Assembly (NCBI GenBank): GCA_976226885.1
Contig: OZ320317.1
Coordinates: 49,414,001-49,478,000 of the forward strand
Direction of reading: 5' to 3'
DNA: 64,000 nucleotides
Origin: Iphione sp. A-MEVVRFRX5
Lineage: Eukaryota
This document shows positions 51,801 through 63,190 of the stretch, in pieces. Positions within the stretch are counted from its first letter, which is position 1. Every line of letters starts with the position of its first letter. The notes below the pieces were generated by a model, which was not told where the DNA came from, ran no database searches, and saw only the letters and a list, made by a program, of their open reading frames with translations. A program made the translations under genes and the position numbers.

Positions 51801-54800
51801 ACCTCTCTCTGACAATTTACCTTTCGTTTCAAGCATCTTCTAGCCTCTAGATTCGTGTATTGATGCTAATTACAGGACGGTAGAGAGGAGTAGCGACGTG
51901 GCTACGTTCACCTGGAGGGCATCAAAGACGTTATCCCTACCACTAGAGCTTGCGTCAGTTGCCTATCGATTTCGCCCTTCCGGTAAAAATGCCTCGCGAA
52001 GGGTAAAAGTGCAAGCATAGCGGTTTCATTGCTGCACCAGGAGCAAACAACAACGAGGCCAATCTTATATCTGTGTTCAACACTGCAGTCCTTCATGTAA
52101 AGGTTGAAAGATCCCTACTTTTACTATCGTTATGGACCTGATGTGAAGCAACGTGAAATGACTTGCTTTTTCAAAAACAACTGCAAATACCGCATATTAC
52201 TGAGGAAATATGAAATTATGAGGAGATGAGCTTTGCACAATAAGCTTTACATATTTTTTGTTCACATCTAAAATTAGGGTCTTCTTTGATTTTCCTGGAG
52301 GACATCAGCCAACAGTTATTTCAAGCCTAATAACTACAATATAGTTTACCGTGCAGACGAAAACAGGATTAGCTATTTCGACTGGAAACATTGATTTCTG
52401 GTTTGTAAATTTTGAATGATCAGATTGGGACTGCAGCAACAAACTTGCCTGCACATAGAGTGACAACTACAGCTTGTTTTAGGCTGATATCAGCTCATTT
52501 TGATATTATTGTTGTTGAAGTCTTGTCATCTCTGTGGCTTTGTCTATTGAAGACAAGACCTCCACGCCCTTATCTCCAGAAGGCCGTGTCTGAAGTTGGT
52601 CATATTTTGTCGGATCATAGAAGCAATCACCGTTCCTTTGACTGCTCAGATCCAATCGAATCGAAGACGCCTTGTCTTGGCGGCTCTCTTTTTACCATCC
52701 CTTTCGCTGCCGTTCCTCATTCCTCAATATCTGCCCTGGCTTTAAAACGTTCTGAAACGCAGTTTCAAGACTGCACACATTTCTTCAGGATACTATTCTA
52801 TCAGACTTTAAAGCAGTGTTTTAAGCCGAATGGGTAGATTCATATTCTATTTGGTTCAAATAAAAACAAGATGTACCACCATAAATGTGAGGATAAAGTA
52901 CATTGCATATAATTGACAAAAATTATAAGGAAGAATTGTATATTTCTGATAAAACATTCATTCAGGATTGAACTAAAAAAGTTTAACGAAATCAAAAATC
53001 TATTCTTAACGTATTCAAACGCTTATATTCGGAGTCGGTCATCGTCAGTTATAAAATGAGTCCTTCGTACAAAAAGCAATGTTTTCCCTCTACATGTGTA
53101 TCCTTCGTTTCAAAAGCAAATGCAGACTGGCCTTTACTTCTGGAACATGTATGACGCACAGTCTCTCTCTCTCCTAGTGATTCACTGAAGCCACAAAAGT
53201 TATGTAACGGAACTACGTGGGAGACAGACATATTCACGTCGGTGATTTCAATGCCTTCTTTCGTTGGATTGACCGAAATTACTTAATAATTTGCCATTGC
53301 CATAGCGATATCTTACATGACGTGTTGGAAAACATCACGAATGGATATATATTTTATTTCGGGAACAGATACAAGTATATTTGTACATGTATGTTTACAG
53401 AATTAACATTAAAAAAGGCTGAGTGCGGTAGCTTGTTGATTGTCGTACGTTCGCAAATAGAGAGGCCAATAGTTAGAAATTAAAAAGGTAATAACCATCT
53501 TATGGGGACGCATAAGGTGGGTAGTACTGCCCCAGGCTTACTCAGCCAATAGGTCATGATGGAGAACAGCTGGGCAGCCGCTAGCTGCTGCCGCGGAACT
53601 CCATCGCCCCACACAAACACACAGAACAGAGAGTGAAGCACCAGCTAGAGCCAACGGGATTGGCCTTCGAGGGGACTGAATAGGCATGAATAGTCAGGTG
53701 GCGCCAGTAACAGTCAGGTCGGTAGGGTAAAATAAACAGTCCATTCAACTAGAGCAGCCTTGTCATACGGCCAAGGTTGAAAATGGGAACATTGGGAGAA
53801 ACCGATGCCACGTCGGCTGGTACAGTGCGTAGGCTAGATACGTTGATACAGCTTGGTGGCATACATCTTTGCTCGGTTACGAGTCTATTTATACGCCCAA
53901 TTAAATTAACAAAGGATTCTGTTCGGGTGTTATTCGATAAACGTAGGCTACAGTACTCTAAGCTTCTATTAAACGTACATTTCGTTTTATGATGTTTGTA
54001 GAAAAAAATGTTTTTGATTCTTAATATTTTTAATCGAGCAACTGCTGTCTTTTTATTGTGCTTCAAGTAACCCTTTTTGAAACTTTGCACCTTGTAGGTC
54101 GTTGAGCACCTTGTAAACTGATTACAGCATCTAACTTTAATTCTTCCACTTTGACCGTACAAACAAGCAATTAGACATTTTACTATGTGCTGATAAAGGT
54201 TTTTAATTGTCAACACCACATTTGTGAATGTTTATCAACTAGTGATATATTGATTTCGTTCCCTATACCCTATAGTACACTGAAAGTCAAAGAAATGAGC
54301 GAGGTGATAATAGGGCAGAAACTACAGCAATTTAGCTGTAAGAATTCATGGGAATAAGATAAATTCAGCTTTGACATATCGTTGCACTATACAATGATCA
54401 TCATTGTCTATTTCTGCAAGGCATCGACAGAAATAAGCAAAAGAATTGTTACTTTTTGGTCTGCAATGCAAAACAGATCCACTCGTTTAAGACCAGATCA
54501 GAAATCAAGACCATTTCATTCAAGAGGATGATGGTTTGTCTCCATTCTAAACAAAATTGTTCAGAATTAGATACCGTACTCACAAATGCTTTAGGAACAA
54601 GATGGTTGACTGCAGGCAAATTTGGTAAGTTGACCCTTGCTAACCTGCAGGAGGACGACGACAGTGTAAATGCGAAACAAGCTTCTGGATTAAACTTGGG
54701 ATAAAATTATGAAGTATATCCTAGAGTAAAATATGTCTGGCAAACACAATGTTATTGGCATGGATGGTTGATCTAATAGAATGATAAACCACTGGATGTT

Positions 54801-56099
54801 ATGCCCCACACAGGTGACATTTAATCGATAGCATTGCATAATAATGATGTCGATCAATACTGATAGTTGGTCATTAAAACCTGTCGGGCGGACAAATAGT
54901 ACATATTGATATTTATAATAAAACCCACGTCCATGAGAATAAGCTACCCAGCAAACAATGTAGAGAATGATGGTTCCTCCATCAAAATGTGTTGGTACAT
55001 TTTGTCGCCGCTGAGAGTGTCTATAAGTCCTAATCCTTTCTTATAATTGATATTAACGTGGAAGAAATAGCACAAGGTATATATAGGAGGTGGGGTTAAA
55101 GAATATAAGAAAAGAATAAAAGAAGCTGTAGGTCAGAGCCTTGGAGCGGTCTTTTACCCATGGAGAATGTGCCTAAGGCCAGACATGTTGTCGGCCATGG
55201 ATCTCAAGGGAATGTATTGATCATTGTTCTGTGTGTGTTGTGGCGGCAGGTAAGGGGAGGGCACGCCTAGGCAAAGAGGGTGGATTGGTGCAGAGTAGGG
55301 GGTGCTAGAGGTAGGGGGTACAGGAGGTGGCAGGTAACTAGGAGGAGGTGGAGCCAAGTCGTTTGTTCGAGCGCTCATGCTCACCTGTAATTAGGACCGG
55401 ACCGGATCACGCACCTCTCACCTGGCTACCATTTACCTGGCCTGATCAAACACACCTGACGTGATGAGAGCGTAGGGAGGCGGGGATTACGGGTGGGCGA
55501 GCTTGTAGGGTGCTACCTGCCACGCGAAATCATACATTCCGTCCATCATCCTGACCCATAGTGTCTGCTATTATACTGCCTGCCCGTCGATTGCTGTATC
55601 AGGAAAAGAAACAGTAAATCAACATTTGCTACCATCTCCTGCACGGACTTATGAATGGTTTTTCTATTTTTCATACAGATATATGCACATGATCTTGTAA
55701 TCCCCATTACATGTGTATATACATTGCATCAGGTTACGGACGTATCATGTAGATGGTCCAAGGGCTATTAAGGCCGATGTTGTTTGGAACTAACCATTTA
55801 ACACTGTAATCTTACATGTGGGAACATCAAGATTATGATAAGATCAACATTCAAGTGCCAATGAAACAAAGATTTCACATCAAGATGGGTGATGGTACGA
55901 ATAAAAAATGCTTGCCTAGTCTCTGAGGAGGCTGACATTTGAGTATCATCACATATATGTAGTCAAAAAAGCTGTTGCAGTCAAATTTCTTGGAATGAAG
56001 GATGACCGCATTTTCGAAGAACAGAGGGTGCCCGTACTTGGGTGACTCCATTGTACTTGCATGAATGATTTACAGATGATTATCAATGTTTTTTATTCA

Positions 56100-56510
56100 C
56101 TCAAAAGATACGATGAGTGAAGTCCAGAATGTGTCCTTCTAATTTCCACCCCTGGAAATCATTGATGCCCCCAACTTGCGGTTACGATTCCTGTGCTACC
56201 ATCACCAATACAGATGATGTAGTTTTATATACAGTCTCGGCCATGGTAGTCGTGTCTCTTGCGCGAAATGGTACCTTCTGCGTACGGGACCTTGCTAGGG
56301 ATAAATACCACTGTAGATTTGGTTGTCACCTCTATCCTATTATTCAAAACTGACAGTTTTGTGCAGGGCAATATGATCCAGGTTGGTGTACTCAGACAAC
56401 ATCTGCACTGGTCAAACCAGATTGGGAGTCTGACTATGGAGAAACAACTTGCTGATCCTTGTGGACGTTGTACACAGAGAGTCGATCCTTACTCTTACTC
56501 CTGCGGTGAA
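56100..56510 (-). pseudogene. Possible decayed tyrosine recombinase relic
   Basis: One frame with several stops gives RSKSKD...KDQ, PGSYCP, YLSLAR and VPF in recombinase order. No HxxR motif found. Confidence 0.22.
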
Positions 56511-58059
56511 GTGTGTGTGTGGTGAAGTGAAGTGGAGTATGGTGAGGTGCATTATTATTGGATGATAGGGGTGAGGGGTGCTCTTTACCTGTGGGACCTG
56601 TCCATGTGCGTGACTGTCCATGGCCATCCGGTGACCATTTTCGGGACAGGTCTGATAATGTCATTTACATGGACATGAACGCACAACAATACACTGCTAT
56701 TATCTCATTTTTGCTCACTTTTACTCACTTTTCAACATCATTTATGCATATTTATGCACATTTATGCACAAGGATGTCATTTCCAGACATTCGTTCCCCC
56801 AGTTTTGGCGATTTTCACAGCTATAACATAATTTTTTGTATTTTTTCGTCATTTTCCCCTCATTTTCTGAATTTCTGTGGCTTTGAGCATCATTTTTGTC
56901 CTTTAACATCATTTTCCTCCTCATTTTTGGCAATTTTTGCAGCTTTTAGCATCATTTCTGTCCTTTTGCAGCTTTTTTTCCTCTTTTCATGCACACAAAT
57001 GCACACCATACAATGCACATATGGAACATCCCTGTGTGGGAGGGTGCAGGAAATCAAAAGTGCACACAAACACACTGGACATGCACCTGGATCACTCCTG
57101 CACCTCCCAGGACATCAACACATGTAAGGAAACCGGACCTTACTCCATGATATGACATGACATTTTAGGTCAGGGACGGACCTGATTCCCAAAGCTGATT
57201 CCCCTTCTTGGCTTTCCGCGGGAGCTGACGCTTTTGATGTTGATGAATTCAATTACAACTGAGTAACATTACTGTCAGCAACAAAGTCGTATTTCTATGG
57301 TAAGAAGTTGCGTTGCCATTTAATATGTATACAGGAGGCTCTGTCCCTGCTGTATTACTATCATTGCATTTGTTTCTAAGCCAGAAACGTGCATGCTCGT
57401 GTATAATAATTTTGTAAGCGCCCCATGAATGATATAGGTATTAGTATGCCATTGAGGAGAAACCTCTGCCCAGTTTTTTTTTGCATCAACTGGCAATCTT
57501 ACAAACTTTCGAGGTGAACAGTATATCTTGCTTCTGCTTCGTGGAATGAAAGTACCATATTCTATCCTAGTGCATTTGATTGTAATATGTCTGATGGAAT
57601 CTCTTACCTTCTGTAATTAACAGTCTGCTTTTGAAAGTAAAATGACTTACGGAAATAAATAGTATACCCATATGATGTGAGAGAGAGGGATAACTCACAG
57701 CTGCTGCAAACTAGCAAGGCACATAACAAGTTTCCTTACTAAGGACATTTAATGACGTACTAGAATATGCCTGATGTGATAGACTCGTAACTAGTTCCAT
57801 ACATACTGTTCTTACATCGTACAAGTCAGTAATAAAAGCAGTTGATTCCAGAGATGCGTAACCCCGCTGTAGCCGTAGGTACCGAGATCATCTCACAAGC
57901 GCATTATATGTCTACCCTTATAGAGCTTACCAGACGCCTCCTATGCTTGTTGTTCCACAAAATGATAAACATTAAAATCAGAATAATAACTTTCCATGTT
58001 AAGTAAGATGGATATCAAGGAAAAGTAATTTCTGCTTCCTTCGTCCATTACACTTTGAT

Positions 58060-58407
58060 TAAGCCTAAAAAAAGTGTTTGTGTTTCCGTTAACATGCTAA
58101 AAAAATAAAGGCTCGGTTGGTATGTAGTATTTTTTATTATTATTTTATGCAATGTTAAAATGTCCTGGAAGCAACAAATGTATGTGGAAATGGCACTTAT
58201 ACCGCTTAGCTCTTATTAAAACTGATATCAAATGAAAGCTAGTACAAATGTAAATACAAGGAATACTAGTGGTGTATTACATGTATCTCTATCTTAAATT
58301 ACTCGGAGGATATTCACAAAACAAGCATAAATAATAAGTTTCATTTGGACCAAAATTAGGGTCGGTCGGGTTACCGGCAACACAGATTTTTTTTAGTTTA
58401 GGCCTTA
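58060..58407. mobile_element. MITE-like element with imperfect terminal inverted repeats
   Basis: Left end TAAGCCTAAAAAAAGTGTTTGTGTTTCCGTTAAC versus reverse complement of right end TAAGGCCTAAACTAAAAAAAATCTGTGTTGCCGGTAAC. AT-rich non-coding interior and subterminal gggtcggtcggg. Confidence 0.6.
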
Positions 58408-59959
58408 TTCCTGGATGGGTAACGATTTTGCTAAACCATCCAGTATCTAAGTCGTTTTACAAATGTATACGCTCCAAACTGATGCATGTACATTTGTATT
58501 CAGCTTTCTCCCCTCGTTCTTGTATCAGTGACTATGTAGCAAGGACATGAATCATAAGACGTAAAACTTTGTGGTACGGGCATAATGCATGAGACCGTAG
58601 GTCAACAAAATCTGGAGAATAGATGTTGGTAAGCTCCGGTCGATAACATCCACTACTTCTGGAATTGAAGGGCTGTACATTAAGCAATTACAGATCAAAC
58701 AGCAGACATGTAATTACTATATGAAGGTCCATATATACATTGTACTGCTTATATTGTCTACTTTACTATCTCATAACCTGTCGCAACCTCTTACTAAACA
58801 CACTGGCAGATACACTCTCTGTATTACCTTGAGGTTTTCCTACTTTTTATTAATCACGCACACTGCATACAGCCTCTCATCCGGCTGACAAGAGGGTTTT
58901 GTCCCTTTACTTTAATCTGACATAATTGTGATGTGCGGTGTACTGATCTTCCACCTAGCAAAACCTCAAAGATTCTATAGTCGCCCTATGACGGAAACAT
59001 TCCCGAAGTGCGACGTGGCCCTTGACAAAGCATATACCAATGTTACTCGCGTGAACATGATATGCTGGAGGACATTTTGCACAAAGGTCACTCATACGGC
59101 ATGTCATGTGTTTTCCCTTACCCTTGCTGTTTTGTCTGTATGCTTCCTTTTTTCCTCTGGTGGCTGTTGGATGTTGTCATGCACATGGAAACTAAGGTCA
59201 GTCGAAAATGCACAGCTAATATGAATACAAGATAGACAAAATTCCTACTTTATAAGGTCTTGTCACGAGGAGACGATCATCATGATGCTAACTTATAAGT
59301 CACCTAGATGATTTTGTCTGCTCCATTGATATATGCATGTTTATTATTAATCATGCGTGTTTATTTTGATATGGCGATGGAATGGAGGTAGATACGAATA
59401 TGAGATAATAAAAAAAGAAAAAAAGAAAGAGGAAAGCAACGAGGCATTGTTGATCCAGTTTTATCGATTAGGTATTATTCAATCTGCGAAGTCACTGTCG
59501 GAACTATGACACTCCTGGTTTTTCCTGCCAACGGTCGTTACTCATAGATTCGCCGGTACTGCGATAAGTACGTGTTTTCCATCGTAAACCTGAACGAGAC
59601 TCAACTCGTAAACATAGCTATGTTATAATGGTGCTGGTAGGCCAGTCAATCACGACACAAGCTGTTCCGTATTGTAGTCTGTAGTATTCCCGTGCATTTA
59701 ATGACTTCCGCCATGCCCGCATTGCCCAGGACGCAGATGATATGGACACAGCAGCCAGGACAGTTCTTCATAGCTATGACCTCATTATTTAATTATCTAC
59801 AATAAACAACTGTGGACGGTCCCTGATGCGGGTTGCGAGAACCTGGTAGGAACTCTCTTTTTGAGGTCATGATTGTTGCAATATTGGATAGAGTGTGGTC
59901 GGAGTTTTCAGAGATGGTGGGAGGTTGTTTTGGTTAGAGGTCAAGGGTTGGAAAGGTCA

Positions 59960-60660
59960 TACTAACCTCGCATGCAATGCGCCGTAAGGGCCCAGTCCGA
60001 CGCATGCGCCGTACCCTCGTTCCGTTGGCCTTCTGCTCCCTGAGCAGCCTGGTCCTGCTCGCTGGGGTCGCGTGGGCCTGGCGTGACCACGTGATGCGCC
60101 CGTTCAAGCGTCTGATACTCGATCGTCCGGGGGCCGCCGCCCGCCCCCGACTTTGTTGTATAAGGCCGCGTCGGGGCCGACGGGCCCAGTCACGGCAGCA
60201 GCGCGCGGCATCGTATGTCACACATGAGTGGTTGGGCGAGCGGCCGTCACGCAATGCTGAACATGGCGCTGGACAAAGACAGCGGTGCTTAATCACACAC
60301 GGGAGGCTAGCTCTGGAGGAATACACCCTCCCTTGTGCAGCTCCCTAGCTGGAGACCGCTGCCCAACACGCCATCCAGAGTTCGACTTCATAACCGATTG
60401 TCGACATGCTAACTTCCACCATCGCTAAATCCGCCCTTAAACAAGGAAATACAATTAGTTGTGTTTTCTAACCTTCTCGTTTATTATTTCTTAGACTGTG
60501 TGAATAGTTTCAGTAGGGATTGTTTTGGCCTCTTCTAGAAGATAAACCATTCGTGAACATTCGGAGAGAAATGTTCTGGTCCTGTTCAACATTTATACGC
60601 GGGTAAATCGTGTCCGGCACGGGCGCTACTGTCACGCATGCGTGGGTTGCTAGGAAACCG
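59960..60660 (+). promoter_or_regulatory. GC-rich promoter-like island
   Basis: CGCATGCG (60001-60008 and 60635-60642), CACGTG (60088-60093), GC boxes, TATAAG at 60159 with CCAGTC 29 nt downstream (A at 60188), and X-box-like GTTGCTAGGAAAC (60646-60658). Confidence 0.35.
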
Positions 60661-62487
60661 TCTCACTGTGCATGTTGCGTTGCCGCTGTAAGAGTATGGC
60701 TGGAGGCTGTCGGCGCCCTGGTTCTCTTCTCTCTTTAGGGCCATTAGCAAACGTGTGAGTTTTTTCTACCATCGCGATGGCAGCTGCGTGGTAGACTTTG
60801 TATGCCAGTGCCTGGACGAACATATAAGAAGAGTAAAACATGCGATCAGATGAAGGAATGCCTGCTTCGGAGTGTAAGCGATATTGCACGTCAAAGATCA
60901 TCCCAGGCGAACGAGAACGTATTTGGTGTAGGGTTGCTATCGTCAATCAAGCAAAAAAGACGAGCTCGAAAGAAAATTACAGGTAGCTACCTAGAAAGGT
61001 AAGAAATCAAAGGTTACGTTCTCATACGTTTCCTTGGGAATGCCGGCGAAGCTCTTAGGCATCTGTGACACACACGCAATCGCTCTTTCAGGCTTTCGCT
61101 CTTTCTCTCTCGCCCCACCCGTCTCCCACCTCCCTCCCAACATCCTCTTTAATATGCAGACTTATCTAAGCAAATTTACATGTACACAGGTATATACACA
61201 AGTCCTTGTTGGTCTTAAACCATTCTCCTTGAGTTCACTGGAAAACATCCAGACCAAAGTAAGAACTGTTCTCTATACGATGCATACACTTTCTTGTTTC
61301 CTTATCCCATGCCGGCACAATGATATTCCTAACAGGCCTTGGCTGATTGAAGTCTGACGACATGTTATCAGTTGTATACATGTAGCGCAACAGGGGAATC
61401 AGGCTTTTGACTGTGACAGCTGTGAGATTCACTTAAATAGTAGAGTCATACACATTCGTAGGATATATGTGAAGCAGATTTTTTGTTGTATAAATGAACG
61501 TACAGTTACATTAGTTAGTACTATTACAATATAGATAATAATATTGTAAAAAAAATAGAAAATAGGTTCGACTACTTGCATTTTACAATTGAAGCAGCAA
61601 ATATCACCGCCAAACCTGTCTATTGTAGAAGCAGAATCCATGACATAATAACCACAAATAAATGAATAGAGATGGAAGAACAGGATTGGACTAATACACC
61701 AATGTTTGGAGATGTGACAGTTGGAATGGCCAGCGACAACAGGAGTTACAACCACAAACCAGTTCAACATTGAATCCAATTGCACTTCTGAAAATCTCCA
61801 GAAATATCACAGATCTGATTAAATACTTATTGGGTACATAAAAGGCATTTTTTATGTAGCATTAACCTAGTATTAAAGTTTGGCATTTTGGTGAAAAAGT
61901 TGATCGGCATTATCTCTTATCCCTCACTGAAGGCTTGTTACGAAAACAACTACGTGGCTTAGTCTGCTCCTTCACTCAACAGAACAGACCTGAATATCTC
62001 TTCAAACTTTTATGATCACTTTTAAAACGATGTATTCAGGAACCCCCTGAGCAAGCTAATGATCAGCCCGATAATCGGCTGGGGATTATTGGCTTGCTGC
62101 TATCACATCCATTAAGGACCAATAATCAGTATCATCTAGATAACTGATCTTCCCTGTTTAACAGTTTCTTTTATATTTGAAAATTATGAAGGCAGCCTTA
62201 AAGAAAGAGTAGAAATGAAAAATGAGTTTTCTTTCATTATTTTCTATTATTGCCCTATACTGGTGGCTTAGCAACTCCCACAAATAATGATAATAATAAT
62301 AAATGTAATACATACAATAAACAGTAGCAAACAAGTACAATTTTGGAGACAATTTATTTCAACACACACACAGGATAGTCTCTTGAGACTGATATAATAA
62401 GGAGTACATGTCATCCATGGCATCATGTTTACCCAATTCTCTGGGGAGCAGATATACAATTGCTACCCAACCCAAGGGGAATTACGC

Positions 62488-63111
62488 CTAATGATGATCT
62501 GATGACATCAATTGGGCAGCCTGCAATGAGGATATCTGCCTACTGGTATACCGTGCAGAGCCAGGTAGGGACTTCCAGGTCCCTTGAGCAAGTATCTGGC
62601 TGTCGGTGGCTCCTGCTAGTTGGAGGGCCTGGGCCCCTCCTCTCCTAAAGCTATGCAGACTATACATTGTTTGATCGTAACCAAGATTTTGGAGTATTTT
62701 CTTTAATACTGCTGACAATTTCCTTGTAGTAAATGGCCTGAGGTAAACCGGGTCAATGAACAGTGGTTGGGAACAGTTTTTGGTTGGCAATAAAATCAGC
62801 ATAGCCTTCATAGCAGCCACTGGGCAATACAATGGGTTGGCACTAGCCACAGTAATAACCTCAGGTGGGCCAGACCTAATTGTCTTCGACCATTTTACAG
62901 AAACATGAATTAGCTCCCCTGAGATAATTATGTCACCCCTTGTTAGCTGTTTAGAAATATCAAAGCTTTCTTGTGTTTTGGGAGAGATATTGCTTTGTCT
63001 TAACAACGAGAAAAACATAAACGTGAACAGAGCCCTCAGAACGACTCCCAAGTGACCCAGCCTGTACAGATAGCGTGCTATATTTGATAACATCGAAATT
63101 GTAATTGGCAA
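62488..63111 (-). CDS. Tyrosine recombinase catalytic domain of DIRS/Ngaro/Crypton type, lacking ATG and N-terminal core-binding domain
   Basis: Uninterrupted 207 codons with the R-K-H-R-W-Y set: FFSLLRQSN, KWSKT, CPVAAM, PLF, HSFRRGGA, GTWKS, ARY. Starts at TTG preceded by an in-frame TAA. AATAAA downstream at 62353-62358. Confidence 0.85.
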   Translation of the reverse strand: MPITISMLSNIARYLYRLGHLGVVLRALFTFMFFSLLRQSNISPKTQESFDISKQLTRGDIIISGELIHVSVKWSKTIRSGPPEVITVASANPLYCPVAAMKAMLILLPTKNCSQPLFIDPVYLRPFTTRKLSAVLKKILQNLGYDQTMYSLHSFRRGGAQALQLAGATDSQILAQGTWKSLPGSARYTSRQISSLQAAQLMSSDHH

Positions 63112-63190
63112 TTACCAAGCACCAAGCCGGCATCATGGCAGCAGACGTGCATTTTCATACGCTCTAGCGAAAACGCCAAAAACCAATGCA

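Noticed and set aside
52612-52645. NGDCFY resembling an OTU protease motif (minus strand)
   Set aside because: Isolated hexapeptide in a short frame with no other OTU features.
54477-54623. Plus-strand exon-like segment ending TTG|gtaagt
   Set aside because: Weak acceptor, unrecognisable peptide and no partner exons.
56558-57127. 189-aa plus-strand ORF
   Set aside because: Arises from T-rich low-complexity sequence (F/S/L/H-rich) with no domain motifs.
59977-60348. ORF with signal-peptide-like start MRRTLVPLAFCSLSSLVLLAGVAWA
   Set aside because: No convincing donor or downstream exon. The remainder is Arg/Ala-rich, as expected from GC content.
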